The notes: generated from the sequence alone by a model not told the origin. A DNA stretch of 63,968 bases, filler included, from Thermoplasmatota archaeon (GCA_041623215.1; 5 parts of 5 records of this genome joined end to end with filler, not necessarily neighbours in it), one strand, 5' to 3'. Positions 27,048-37,387 are shown, counted from the whole stretch's first letter. Numbers and translations are program-made.

Positions 27048-27632
27048 CTACAGCCACGCCAACACTGCATCCACGGCGGCGCGAAGGTCATCCACCACGA
27101 GGACGCGGTCGCCTTGTGTGGCAGCCCATGCCTCCACCTTTGGTACATCGCTGCTCGTGCGAAGCAAGATGGCGCGAACGCCGTACGCCAAGGCGGCTTC
27201 GCCGTCGCGGACCTTGTCCCCAATCATCACGGCCCGCTCTTTGTCAACTGGGCTGCCCCCCTCGGCAAACCACGTCGCCGCATCCTCGAGCAGGCCGGGG
27301 CCGGGCTTGCGCCGGCGGTGTGGGAAGGGTGCCCGTGCGACTTCGATACGGTCCAAGCGGCCGCCGTGGAGGGCCACCTCATTCTCCAGATGGTCGAGGA
27401 CGCGCTTCAGCCCCACTAGCATGGTCAACGCGAAGGGCTGATTGGTCACCAGCGCTGTCTGGACATCGGGGCGGTTCAGGTCGGCGAAGGCCTCGAGGGC
27501 CCCAGGCAGGAAGTGCAAATGCCGCGGATGCCGGATGTGGAAGGGAAAGCGACCCGCTTGGTGCGGGTCTTCGTTGAAGACGCCGTCGCGGTCCAAGAAC
27601 ACGGTGAAGCGGCCATGGGGCCTCTTGGTCAT
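27048..27632 (-). CDS. HAD-IIIA phosphatase (GmhB/HisB-N-like)
   Basis: FLDRDGV, VTNQ, RKPGPGL, MIGD; ATGA overlap with mptA. Confidence 0.85.
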   Translation of the reverse strand: MTKRPHGRFTVFLDRDGVFNEDPHQAGRFPFHIRHPRHLHFLPGALEAFADLNRPDVQTALVTNQPFALTMLVGLKRVLDHLENEVALHGGRLDRIEVARAPFPHRRRKPGPGLLEDAATWFAEGGSPVDKERAVMIGDKVRDGEAALAYGVRAILLRTSSDVPKVEAWAATQGDRVLVVDDLRAAVDAVLAWL

Positions 27633-28525
27633 GCTTCCAATTCTCCGATGGTCGTCCACCGCTCCGCGTAGGCGTTGTGCTTGTGGATGGATTCTTCGGC
27701 TTCGCTGCTGGCAAACAGGCACGCCTCAGCGGGCAAGTCCAGCCGTTCGAGTACCAAGTGGATGGCTTCACGAACCACATCCTCGACGAACTTGGGGTCG
27801 TGGTGGCTTTGGATTACCAGGTCCCCCTCGTCGCCGCGCTTCAGAAGGCCATGCGTGGGCGCCGACAGGGCGTCCTCGGCCAAATCAACGAGCGTTGCCG
27901 CCTCGATGTCGCGGCCTTCCGGCACGTCCACCTGCAACTTGACAATGTTGCGTTGATTGTGCGTAATGAAGGGAATGTCGTCGGGGACGGTGAACCCCCT
28001 TTGAGCAAACGTGGCCCGGGCGGTCTCCATGGCGCAAGGGCAGGCAGATGCGCCCACCACTTCGACACCGATGCGGCGCGCCGGCGGTGCAGTGTTGCCC
28101 GCAGCGTCACGAGCCCCATGGGCCTTCGCCATGAGCCCGTAGCCTTCCACCGTGGGTTTTCCTCCGGGGTTTGTGCGGGTCAAGAAGAAGGTGGTGCGCG
28201 CCGCCACGTGGGCTTGCGTTGCGTAGTCGTGTTTTTCCAACAGGGCCGAGGCGATGCGGGCGCACAGGTTCTCCAGGCTACTTGCTTCGCGGTCCACAAT
28301 CTGCGCGTCTAGCACATCCGCCAGAGCTTCCAGGTTGCGGCTCATGTGCGTGCCCTTCTGAGTGGCCGGGAGGTCCACGGTCATGTCGAAAGTCACTGTG
28401 GCATCATGGGGCGCCTGGTCGGGCCGATGAATTCGCACCGGCTTGACGACGCCCTTCACACCTACACGGGTCAAGCGAAACGGCCGGTTGGCATCGAAAT
28501 TCTGCACATCGGGTGCCGCAGTCAC
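27629..28525 (-). CDS. mptA: GTP cyclohydrolase FolE2/MptA
   Basis: KGTHMSRN, ACPCA, THNQR, KFVEDVVR, ESIHKHNA. Confidence 0.93.
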   Translation of the reverse strand: MTAAPDVQNFDANRPFRLTRVGVKGVVKPVRIHRPDQAPHDATVTFDMTVDLPATQKGTHMSRNLEALADVLDAQIVDREASSLENLCARIASALLEKHDYATQAHVAARTTFFLTRTNPGGKPTVEGYGLMAKAHGARDAAGNTAPPARRIGVEVVGASACPCAMETARATFAQRGFTVPDDIPFITHNQRNIVKLQVDVPEGRDIEAATLVDLAEDALSAPTHGLLKRGDEGDLVIQSHHDPKFVEDVVREAIHLVLERLDLPAEACLFASSEAEESIHKHNAYAERWTTIGELEA

Positions 28526-28547
28526 GCCCCGGCCACCCCGGCGGCGC

Positions 28548-28859
28548 TTATAGCGACCAACAGCCGACGACGGCGAACCACCCAACCCACGCCACCGTGC
28601 CGAGGATGCTCATGGCCCAAAACCGCACAAGAAAGCGGACCTTGCGGGTCTTATGCCGCCACACGGCCATGCCAATCGCTTGCCCTACCCACCCACCTAC
28701 GCCGGCAAGCAACAGAAGGCCGGTTTCGGGGATGCGGTCGTGGCCGTCGTTACGCTTGCGATGAAGCGACGCCATGCGCTTGTCATAGCGAATCACGATG
28801 AGGCCGCCCAAGTTGAAAGCCACAAGCACCGTCCAGAGGATGCCGCACGCCGGGTCCAC
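28548..28859 (-). CDS. DUF1294-like small membrane protein
   Basis: DKR...RIPETGLLLLAGVGGWVG...RHKTRK. Confidence 0.8.
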   Translation of the reverse strand: MDPACGILWTVLVAFNLGGLIVIRYDKRMASLHRKRNDGHDRIPETGLLLLAGVGGWVGQAIGMAVWRHKTRKVRFLVRFWAMSILGTVAWVGWFAVVGCWSL

Positions 28860-28910
28860 GGGGCGGCCAGGAAGGCCCCGTTTTTACGGCCGCCGGGCCT
28901 CGACGGCCCA

Positions 28911-29438
28911 ATGATGGAGCTTCGCATCGACGGCTGGCGCAAGGGCATTCGCTTCAGCTCGGCCCACATTACGCCGGAGCACAAGAAGTGCGGCCGCTTG
29001 CACGGCCACACCTACGCCATCCACCTTCGGATGCGCGGCGACCAAGACGAATGGGGCATCGTGCTTGACTTCGGCGTCATCGCGGAGGTCCTGAAGGCCA
29101 TCAGCGACGACATTGACCACCTGGTGCTGGTGCCGACGCAAAGCAATCACTACAGCGACCTCCGGGTGGGTGACGAAGAAGTTGCCTTCCGGGTCACGGA
29201 CCCCTACACTGGAGAGCCCAAACGCTTCACGTTCCCCCGCCAAGACTGCGCCATGCTGGACATTCCCAGCACCACGGCCGAGGACCTGGCGAAGTGGATT
29301 TACAAAGAATTCATGCGCCGAACTCACTTCAAAACGGACACTGCCTTCGTAGAGATTGGTGTGGACGAAGGATACGGCAAGGGCGCCTGGTACAGCGATG
29401 AAGCGGGTGTCCGCGTTACCGAGTCGGGCGAATCCTAG
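28911..29438 (+). CDS. queD: 6-carboxytetrahydropterin synthase
   Basis: FSSAH, CGRLHGHTY, LDFG, DH, TTAE. Confidence 0.92.
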   Translation: MMELRIDGWRKGIRFSSAHITPEHKKCGRLHGHTYAIHLRMRGDQDEWGIVLDFGVIAEVLKAISDDIDHLVLVPTQSNHYSDLRVGDEEVAFRVTDPYTGEPKRFTFPRQDCAMLDIPSTTAEDLAKWIYKEFMRRTHFKTDTAFVEIGVDEGYGKGAWYSDEAGVRVTESGES

Positions 29439-29554
29439 CTGCCGACGGGGGCGTGGTTGGCCGCGCGGGAAGGGGGCGTCCATGACTTCTGCAACGAGGG
29501 AACCAATCTCCGGCGGCCCCCAGCCGTTATGACCGTTGGCGGATTCCCGCGCCC

Positions 29555-30256
29555 GTGCAGAAGAAAGCGGTCGTCCTCCTATCCGGGGGCCTCGATTCGT
29601 GTGTCGCCGCCACCATCGCTCGCTGCGACGGCTTTCGGGTCTTTGCTTTGAGCTTCGATTATGGGCAACGCCACAGCTACGAGCTCGAGTACGCCAAGCG
29701 CGTTGCCAATGCCGTGCGCGTCGAAGAGCACAAGATTTTGCAAGTCCCGTTGGCCGACCTGGGCGGGTCGGCACTAACGGACAGCGAGATTGATGTGCCC
29801 GATGCCCCCGACGACGATGCCACCATCGGCGATGACATCCCGGTCACGTATGTCCCGGCACGAAACACCGTCTTCCTGTCACTAGCCTTGGCTTACGCGG
29901 AAGTGGTAGAGGCGCAGGCCATCTTCATTGGCGCGAACGCGTTGGATTACTCTGGCTATCCCGACTGTCGCCCCGAATACATCGATGCCTTCCAGGCCAT
30001 GGCACGCCTTGCTACCAAACACAACGTCGAATCCGGCGGGCGCTTCTGGATTAATGCCCCCTTGCTGGAAATGACCAAGCAGAAGATTGTGGAAACGGGT
30101 CGTGACCTCAACGCACCCATGCAACACACCTGGAGCTGCTACCGTGGCCCCGACGACACCGGCGCTGCCTGCGGCACGTGTGAGTCGTGTGTGCTACGCC
30201 AGCGTGGGTTTGAAGCAGCCGGCGTCAAAGACGCTGTACCCTACCAAACCGCTTAG
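29555..30256 (+). CDS. queC: 7-cyano-7-deazaguanine synthase
   Basis: SGGLDS, YGQRH, YVPARN, YPDCR, TWSCY...CGTCESC. Confidence 0.96.
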   Translation: MQKKAVVLLSGGLDSCVAATIARCDGFRVFALSFDYGQRHSYELEYAKRVANAVRVEEHKILQVPLADLGGSALTDSEIDVPDAPDDDATIGDDIPVTYVPARNTVFLSLALAYAEVVEAQAIFIGANALDYSGYPDCRPEYIDAFQAMARLATKHNVESGGRFWINAPLLEMTKQKIVETGRDLNAPMQHTWSCYRGPDDTGAACGTCESCVLRQRGFEAAGVKDAVPYQTA

Positions 30257-30293
30257 GAACCACGAGCCTTAGCGCGCAGAGAAGGAGACCACC

Positions 30294-31052
30294 GTGACGT
30301 TCGTTGAGAGCATGGCCATCATTCTCACGCTGCTCCTTCTGGAGGCTGTGCTCTCCTTTGACAACGCGGCCATCTTGGCGGCGATGGTACGGCGCTTGCC
30401 GGTCAGCCAGCGACGCAAGGCCCTGACGTATGGTCTCGTTGGGGCCTACGCATTGCGGTTTTCGGCGATTGCTTTAGCGGCGTGGCTGATCAAGAATCCG
30501 TGGCTCAAGCTTGCCGGCGGAGGTTACCTGGTCTACATTGGTGTCAAGCACTTCATCCACTTGGCACGGGGCACGGATGACCACCAGACCGTTTCGGCGG
30601 ATCGCTCCATTTGGGCCCGCATGGGCGTACCTGTCTTTTGGGCCACCATCATCCAAATCGAGTTGTTGGACCTAGCGTTCGCCATTGACCAAGTGGTAGT
30701 CGCGGTCGCCTTCACTCCCAACATCTGGCTCATCATCGTGGCCAGCGGCCTGGGAATTCTGTTCCTGCGGCTGGCGGCCGTTTACCTGGCGCGCGTGATG
30801 GATTGGCTGCCGGTCCTTGAGCACATGGCGTACATCGCCGTAGGTTACGTCGGAGTCAAGCTCATCGTGCAATACGAATGGTTCAACGATGGCCATGGCT
30901 ACCATATCCCGACGCCGCTAAGCCTGGCCATTACCTTGGCCCTGTTTGGCGTCCCGGTAATCCTCCGGCTCTTTGGCATCTTGAAACCCAGCGATCGAAA
31001 TGGCCATGCCAGCATGTTGGCCGACCCGACGACGCCCCGGACCAAGACATGA
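30294..31052 (+). CDS. TerC family integral membrane protein
   Basis: LEAVLSFDNA, DLAFAIDQV. Confidence 0.88.
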   Translation: MTFVESMAIILTLLLLEAVLSFDNAAILAAMVRRLPVSQRRKALTYGLVGAYALRFSAIALAAWLIKNPWLKLAGGGYLVYIGVKHFIHLARGTDDHQTVSADRSIWARMGVPVFWATIIQIELLDLAFAIDQVVVAVAFTPNIWLIIVASGLGILFLRLAAVYLARVMDWLPVLEHMAYIAVGYVGVKLIVQYEWFNDGHGYHIPTPLSLAITLALFGVPVILRLFGILKPSDRNGHASMLADPTTPRTKT

Positions 31053-31066
31053 CGGGGAGGGTCTGA

Positions 31067-31447
31067 GTGAGGGTCACGGAGACGTTTTTCTCCATTCAAG
31101 GGGAAGGTCGAAAGGCCGGCCTGCCGACGGCGTTCATTCGCTCCACGGGATGCCATTTGCGCTGCTCGTGGTGCGACGCCACCTACACGTTCACGGGGGG
31201 AGAAACGCGCGGGTTGGACGATTTAATGGCGTGGCTCGGGGAGCAACCGACGAAACAAGTTTGCTTTACCGGCGGTGAACCATTGCTGCAAAAAGACGCC
31301 TGGGACTTGGTCAACCGGTTATTGGACGACGGCTATGAGATTGTCCTTGAAACGGCGGGCAATCTAGATTTCACCGGCGCCGATGGCCACGCTCGCCGTG
31401 AGGCGCTGTGCGTGAGCATGGACATCAAGTGCCCGTCAAGTGGCGAG
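31067..31447 (+). CDS. queE: 7-carboxy-7-deazaguanine synthase, radical SAM (truncated by contig end)
   Basis: FFSIQGEG, GCHLRCSWCD, TGGEPLLQ. Confidence 0.93.
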
Positions 31448-31547
31448 NNNNNNNNNNNNNNNNNNNNNNNNNNNNNNNNNNNNNNNNNNNNTTAATTAAT
31501 TAANNNNNNNNNNNNNNNNNNNNNNNNNNNNNNNNNNNNNNNNNNNN
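31448..31547. other. Artificial contig linker
   Basis: N run flanking TTAATTAATTAA. Confidence 0.99.
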
Positions 31548-31548
31548 A

Positions 31549-32085
31549 GCCGCCACCCTTGCTTTCCCATTTATCCGGCCGTCACTGCTGAAACTCCTGT
31601 TTGCCATCGTACTCGGCCTCGCAGCCTGGAACCTGGTTCGGCCGGTGCCCGCGTCAGCACGACAAAACGACTCGGGGGACCAAACCAATCTCAAGGGCCA
31701 GCCCGCGACACCACCAGGCCGCCTTCCGCGCCGAACCCTGACCGGCCTCACCGCAGGGCTCGCCGCCGGCATGGTGAGTCGCTTCGCCGGCGTCGGCGGC
31801 GGCATCGTCACCGTGCCTGCCTTGGCCTTCGCTGGAACAGCGATTCACGTAGCGGTCGGCACCAGCTTGGTGGCGGTTTGGACGAACGCAGCATGGGCAT
31901 CCATGCTCAATTGGCCTGACGCAGAGCGCTTCACCCAGGGAATCCTGCTGGCGCTGGTCGCCATGGCGGGTTCCACCGCCGGCGTAGCGGTGGCCCATCG
32001 CCTCAACCCAACGGGCCTGTCACGCGTCGTCGCCGCCGGCATGGTGGCGGGCGCCATCGCCATGGCCGTGGAAGCACTCACCTGA
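31549..32085 (+). CDS. TauE/SafE family transporter (5' truncated)
   Basis: GVGGGIVTVPAL, AVGTSL; frame open to the contig edge. Confidence 0.82.
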   Translation, partial: AATLAFPFIRPSLLKLLFAIVLGLAAWNLVRPVPASARQNDSGDQTNLKGQPATPPGRLPRRTLTGLTAGLAAGMVSRFAGVGGGIVTVPALAFAGTAIHVAVGTSLVAVWTNAAWASMLNWPDAERFTQGILLALVAMAGSTAGVAVAHRLNPTGLSRVVAAGMVAGAIAMAVEALT

Positions 32086-32147
32086 CACGAACCGCCCGGC
32101 TGCTTTGACAACGGCTTTCACAACCGTCCGACGTGGCGGCCTTGGCC

Positions 32148-33650
32148 ATGAGCCTCCTGGAGAATGACGTCATTCGCAACATCGTCTCTCGGTTCGGCTT
32201 CGAGGCCCTGTTCAACACCTATGCGTTTCTGCTGTTGTTTCTGCCAGTCGTGCTGGCCCTCTACTGGCTCATCAAGCCCGGTCGCCCGAGACTAGCCTTC
32301 ATCACCGCCGCGAGCTTGGTCTTCTACAGCTTCTGGGATTGGCGGTTCATCTTCCTTCTGTTGGCAAGCGTCGTGGTTGATTATGTCGCGGCTCGGCGGA
32401 TGGCCGCCGCAGGCCCTGCGCCTGGCCAGGAGCCACTTCATCCGGATGGCCCTGCCGCCGATGACCCGACCGTCCTTCGCGCACGCAAACTGTGGCTCCA
32501 AGTGAGCCTCGTCTTCAATCTCGGGATGCTGGCCGTGTGGAAATACACCGGTTTCCTGGTTGACAACGCGCGCACGCTTCTCAACCTCATGGGAGCCGAC
32601 GTGGCCCCCCCGCACCTGAATATTCTCTTGCCAGTGGGCATCAGCTTCTACACATTTCAGACGCTCAGCTACTCCATCGATGTCTATCGCGGCCGCGTGG
32701 AAGCCAGCCGCGACCCACTGAAGGTAGCGGCATTCGTGACCCTGTTTCCACAATTGGTCGCCGGCCCCATTGTTCGCTACAGCACGGTGGACAAGCAGCT
32801 TGACTCCTTGCCTCGCCGCCCGGATGCATCCTTGTGGAACCACGGCGCCATCCTGTTTGTCATTGGTTTGTCCAAGAAGGTCCTCGTGGCGGACGCCATC
32901 GCCCGCCACATTGACCCTATGTGGCTCGAGGTGGCCCGGGGCGGCGCCCTAAACACCCTTCAGGCCTGGCAAGCGGCGCTTGGTTACACCTTGCAATTGT
33001 ACTTCGACTTCAGCGGCTACAGCGACATGGCCCTGGGGCTGGGCGCGCTATTGGGCCTGCGCTTTCCCGCCAACTTTAACGCCCCCTACCAGGCGCATGA
33101 CCCCAGCGATTTCTGGCGTCGGTGGCACATTAGTTTAGGGTCGTTCCTGCGCGATTACCTGTTCATTCCGCTGGGCGGCAGCCGCTCGGGCACCGCCTCA
33201 ACGCTTCGTAATCTCAGCATCGTGATGCTGCTTGGCGGCCTGTGGCACGGCGCGGCGTGGACCTTCGTGTTGTGGGGGGCCTATCACGGCGTCCTGCTGA
33301 TTGTCCATGCTTTGACCCGGCCGGCCTGGGACCGCCTGCCAGCAGTAGCGGCACGCGCAGCCACCTTCCTATTGGTCACACTGGGCTGGGTACTGTTTCG
33401 TGCGCCCGATGTGCCAAGCGCATTTCGGGTCCTCGCAGCCATGTTGATTCCGCGTGCCAGCCAGATTGCTTGGACTCCGCTTTGGCTGTGGCTGGCAGGC
33501 GGCCTGGCCTTTGTGGCCGTTGTCCGGCCCACGGCCCACCGCGTCTTCACGGCGTCCCGTCGAACCTCCTTCCTGACTGCCCTGCTGCTCATCGCCTGCC
33601 TGGTCGCCATGGGCCGCGGCGGCTCACCGTTCCTGTACTACCAATTCTAG
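32148..33650 (+). CDS. MBOAT O-acyltransferase, AlgI/PatA/DltB type (copy 1)
   Basis: LPVGISFYTFQ, FPQLVAGPIVR, YFDFSGYSDMA, FWRRWH, GLWHGA, FLYYQF. Confidence 0.94.
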   Translation: MSLLENDVIRNIVSRFGFEALFNTYAFLLLFLPVVLALYWLIKPGRPRLAFITAASLVFYSFWDWRFIFLLLASVVVDYVAARRMAAAGPAPGQEPLHPDGPAADDPTVLRARKLWLQVSLVFNLGMLAVWKYTGFLVDNARTLLNLMGADVAPPHLNILLPVGISFYTFQTLSYSIDVYRGRVEASRDPLKVAAFVTLFPQLVAGPIVRYSTVDKQLDSLPRRPDASLWNHGAILFVIGLSKKVLVADAIARHIDPMWLEVARGGALNTLQAWQAALGYTLQLYFDFSGYSDMALGLGALLGLRFPANFNAPYQAHDPSDFWRRWHISLGSFLRDYLFIPLGGSRSGTASTLRNLSIVMLLGGLWHGAAWTFVLWGAYHGVLLIVHALTRPAWDRLPAVAARAATFLLVTLGWVLFRAPDVPSAFRVLAAMLIPRASQIAWTPLWLWLAGGLAFVAVVRPTAHRVFTASRRTSFLTALLLIACLVAMGRGGSPFLYYQF

Positions 33651-33651
33651 C

Positions 33652-34758
33652 ATGATGTCAACCCCCGAACCCAGACACAGCGGCGACCAAGCGGCCCTCC
33701 CTAGTCCTGACTGGACCGTTGCCAAATTCACGGCCAGCACATTGGCCCTTGCCCTCGTACTCGGAAGCGGCTGGGTGGGCGCGGTCGTTGCCATCAATCC
33801 ATGGAGCGAATTTCCAGGCCAGGCACTGGAACCCTTGGTGCCGAACCAGTACGAAACCAAAACAACGCTGTGGCAGGCGCGCGACCCGCTGCCCCAGACG
33901 CTTCTGTTGGGCTCAAGCCGGGGTCAGGGGTACCATCCAGTCATGATGGCGGCGGCCGGCTTTCCCAACGGCTTCAATTATGCCGTCGGCGGCGCCGAGC
34001 TCGACGACGAACTGGCGATTCTGCGCTACACCCTGGACTCGGCGCAAGGCGCCAACTTGTCGCACCTCATCCTTGCCCTGGACCTCTTCCAGTTGCGGCT
34101 TGGACCAAGCAGTAGCCTGCGCTTACACAACGTGCCCGAGCTGGACGCTCGCCATGACGAGCCAGCCCAATTCACGGACTACCTGAGCGTGGCTCTATAC
34201 GACGCCGTAACACCCACGTATCACCGAGACATGCTGCGAAGCGTCGTCTTGACCGTGAAGGGCCACCCGGAATCCGGCATCGCCTTCGACCCCGACGGCG
34301 GGCCGGTGGCGGAACGCATCGCCTGGGACGAGGGTACCTTCCAAACCGGTAATCCTCGCAAGGTGTCTGACTTGCTCCCCAGCCACGTCGAATACTTCCG
34401 CTACTTCCGCAACTTGGACCCCGATGGGCGGGCGCGCCTCGCAGACATCCTTGATACGGCGACGGGCGCCAACCTGTCGGTTACGGTGCTGCTGACGCCC
34501 ATGCACCCCGACCTGCTGACCCGCCTGCATCAAGTAACGCCACGCGAGCGCCTGCACGCCGAAACCATCGGGCTGCTGGACCAGGCGTGCACCCGATACC
34601 CTGGTCTCCGCGTCGTGGATGCCACCGACGTCGTCGCACTTGGTGGCGCCCCCGAGGACTTCGACGACTCCGTCCATGTTGTAGGCAAAACCAATTTGCT
34701 CCTGCTCCAGGCTGCCGCCGACCCCGCCATGGACCGCTGCGCCAGCCAGGGCCCATAG
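33652..34758 (+). CDS. Membrane-anchored SGNH-like partner (AlgJ/DltD-like), copy 1
   Basis: N-terminal TM; LLGSSR; C-terminal DSVH (DxxH); starts 1 nt after the MBOAT stop. Confidence 0.7.
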   Translation: MMSTPEPRHSGDQAALPSPDWTVAKFTASTLALALVLGSGWVGAVVAINPWSEFPGQALEPLVPNQYETKTTLWQARDPLPQTLLLGSSRGQGYHPVMMAAAGFPNGFNYAVGGAELDDELAILRYTLDSAQGANLSHLILALDLFQLRLGPSSSLRLHNVPELDARHDEPAQFTDYLSVALYDAVTPTYHRDMLRSVVLTVKGHPESGIAFDPDGGPVAERIAWDEGTFQTGNPRKVSDLLPSHVEYFRYFRNLDPDGRARLADILDTATGANLSVTVLLTPMHPDLLTRLHQVTPRERLHAETIGLLDQACTRYPGLRVVDATDVVALGGAPEDFDDSVHVVGKTNLLLLQAAADPAMDRCASQGP

Positions 34759-34808
34759 GGCCCACCAGCCACCGGCACGCCGATAACCCCCCGCGAACGT
34801 CCGTTGGT

Positions 34809-35624
34809 GTGTTCAAGCGCGTCCTGGTCCCCATCGACCCGGCCAAGCCCTTTGCAGCGGCCAACGACTACGCCGTGGCTCTAGCACAACGGTTCTCATC
34901 CGAGGTCATCGCCACCTACGTCTTGGACGAGAACTTGCTGGGCCCGTCGGCGCAGCAAACCACCGGTGCCATGGATGAAGCGCTGGAATGGGTCGGGCGC
35001 GATGCCATGGACGACTTTGCCGCGCACCACCCGGAACTGCAGATTTCCAAGCGCATCGCCTACGGCAGCGTTCACACATCGCTCTTCCAGGCAGTGCTCC
35101 AATCAGGCGCCGACGTGCTGGTCCTGGGCGGATTTCACACCGGGTCCCTCGGCCTGTGGGGAAGCATCGCCGGAGACATCGTCCACCACTGCGAGCGCAG
35201 CTGCTTCGTCGTGCGTCGCGTGGCGGAATTGCCCGGCCCCAACAAGCCCATCATTGTGCCCTACGACGGCACAAGCCATCCGCGGGCGACATTGGCCCGG
35301 ATAGCCCGGCTGGCGCGGGAACTCGACGCACCCATTGACCTCGTGTACGCCGCGCGCGCCGGGCGGGCCGACAACGCCGCCGCGTTCCTCAAAGAGGGCG
35401 CCGCAATCCTGATGGAGGAGGGGGTTGCGAGCGTTGACTATCACGTCCTAGCACGTGGCCGCCTAGCATCCAAGGCGCGCATGCTGCATCGGTATGCTTG
35501 CGACAACGGGGCTTTGCTTGCCCTCAGCCGCATTGGCAAGGCCAGCATGCACACGGGCCGAAGCCGCACGGTCGGTTGGCTTGTTGGCCATTCCAGCGTT
35601 CCCGTCTGGGTGGTACGCAAGTGA
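34809..35624 (+). CDS. Universal stress protein, tandem USP domains
   Basis: FKRVLVPID..., GSIAGDIVHH, second domain IIVPYDG...VPVWVVR. Confidence 0.85.
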   Translation: MFKRVLVPIDPAKPFAAANDYAVALAQRFSSEVIATYVLDENLLGPSAQQTTGAMDEALEWVGRDAMDDFAAHHPELQISKRIAYGSVHTSLFQAVLQSGADVLVLGGFHTGSLGLWGSIAGDIVHHCERSCFVVRRVAELPGPNKPIIVPYDGTSHPRATLARIARLARELDAPIDLVYAARAGRADNAAAFLKEGAAILMEEGVASVDYHVLARGRLASKARMLHRYACDNGALLALSRIGKASMHTGRSRTVGWLVGHSSVPVWVVRK

Positions 35625-37009
35625 GCGCCCCCGTGCTACAACCCAAGGGAATCGACCTGCGAAACCTGCGCAAGCTTGCCATTGGCATCCTGTTGGGTGC
35701 AATCCTGTTTCTCCTGCCAACGCCTGAGGGGCTCAGTGATGCCGGCCATCAAACGCTGGCGCTCTTTGCCGTCATCGTCTTCCTGTGGGCGACGGAAGCC
35801 CTGCCCTTGCCCGTCACGGCCTTGCTAGCCGGCGTCGGTCTGGTCGTGCTGGGGATTGCGGACAATCCGAACCAGGCCTGGGGGCCGTATGCGCAGGATA
35901 CCATCTTCTTCCTACTCGGGTCGCTGATTCTAGCTGACGCCGTAACCAAGACTGACACCGACCGGCTCCTGGCGGCCCGCTTCCTGAAACGGGTCGGCGG
36001 CCGCACGGACACCCTGCTGCTGGGCATTGTGACCGCCAGTACGGCTGCGGCCGCCATCATCAGTAGCCACGCTGTCGCCGCCGTGATGGTTCCCTTGGTG
36101 CTTTCCATCTTGCGGGCAACCGGCCTTGTCAAGCGACGCAACATTGCGGCGTCCTACATGCTGGCCATCGCCTTCGGCACCGGCATCGCCGGCCTCGCGA
36201 CTCCTAGTGCAGGCAGCCGCAACGCCATCGTGCTCGGGTACCTTGACCAAGATTACGGCATCAAGATTAGTTACCTCGACTGGATGCTCCACGCCACCCC
36301 CATTACCATCGCGCTCATCCCCGTTACCTACCTGATTCTCAAGGTAGTTTTCAAGGTCCCCCGAGACCCCATCGAAGCCCGCCTGCCCGGGGCCGAGGAC
36401 AAGCTCAACGTGTTCCAGCAGCGCACGCTCCTCATCATTGCCGCCACGGTCGCCATGTGGATTTTCCTCGGCGACACCTTGGGGCTTGGTACCGTGGCCA
36501 TCATCGGCAGCGTGCTGCTGTTCGTCTTCGGCATCTTGGACTGGGTGGACACCCGCCGGCGGATTGCATGGGGTGTGCCCCTGATCTACGGTGCGGCGCT
36601 CACCATGGGCGCAGCCATGCAGGCAACGGGTGCGGCCCAATGGCTGGCCCAAACGCTGCTTGGCCTCGGATTTGCCGAGCACGAAAGTTGGCTGTTGCTT
36701 GGCGTACTCGCCTTGACCGTAGTCCTCACCAACATCATGAGTGACGGCGGAACTGCTGCTGCTGTTGCTCCTGTCACGCTGAGTCTGGCTGCCCTAGGCG
36801 GCTTCGACGTGGCTGCCATGGGCTTGGTGACGGCGCTTGGCAGTGCCTTCAGCTTCATGCTCGTGGTGGGTACGCCACCCAACGTCATCACGCACTCGAG
36901 CGGTTTGTTTACCGCGCGGGACTTGGCGCGGGCTGGCTTCCTGCTGACCGTCGCATCACTGATTGTCACAGCCCTGGCGGTGCAGTTCTATTGGCCGCTC
37001 CTGCCGTAA
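35621..37009 (+). CDS. DASS/SLC13 anion:Na+ symporter
   Basis: TEALPLPVTAL, ATPSAGSRNAI, VGTPPNVI; GTGA overlap with the USP gene. Confidence 0.9.
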   Translation: MSAPVLQPKGIDLRNLRKLAIGILLGAILFLLPTPEGLSDAGHQTLALFAVIVFLWATEALPLPVTALLAGVGLVVLGIADNPNQAWGPYAQDTIFFLLGSLILADAVTKTDTDRLLAARFLKRVGGRTDTLLLGIVTASTAAAAIISSHAVAAVMVPLVLSILRATGLVKRRNIAASYMLAIAFGTGIAGLATPSAGSRNAIVLGYLDQDYGIKISYLDWMLHATPITIALIPVTYLILKVVFKVPRDPIEARLPGAEDKLNVFQQRTLLIIAATVAMWIFLGDTLGLGTVAIIGSVLLFVFGILDWVDTRRRIAWGVPLIYGAALTMGAAMQATGAAQWLAQTLLGLGFAEHESWLLLGVLALTVVLTNIMSDGGTAAAVAPVTLSLAALGGFDVAAMGLVTALGSAFSFMLVVGTPPNVITHSSGLFTARDLARAGFLLTVASLIVTALAVQFYWPLLP

Positions 37010-37142
37010 GCCAACAGGGCGGGCGGCAGCGCGCACGAGCCACGATGGGGCGGCTAGCCCATGCGCAGGCGTACCACGGGCTGACACGATTGTCGCAACG
37101 GAGCCATCACAAGGGATAGCCAGTCCAGATTGCCAAGCCCAC

Positions 37143-37343
37143 TTAGGCGTCGGCGGTCTGAGCGCGGACCAACAAGAGGCCGAAGACGCCAAACAGCAGG
37201 AAAACAAGCACCGTGGACACGAGACCGATGTCTCCTGGCGGCGTCGCTGCTTCGTAGGCCACACCGGTGACGCTTACGAGGTATAGGATTGCCCCGAACG
37301 CAAGGCTGGCGAAGCTGAGTGTCTTAGTGACGGCGGTGTTCAT
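37143..37343 (-). CDS. Small two-TM membrane protein
   Basis: 66-aa hydrophobic ORF. Confidence 0.55.
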   Translation of the reverse strand: MNTAVTKTLSFASLAFGAILYLVSVTGVAYEAATPPGDIGLVSTVLVFLLFGVFGLLLVRAQTADA

Positions 37344-37387
37344 AGGATGACTCCGGCGTGGGTGGCCAGCATAAAGGGCTTGGCCAA

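Noticed and set aside
29439..29554. preQ1 riboswitch between queD and queC
   Set aside because: No recognisable preQ1 consensus or A-rich tail
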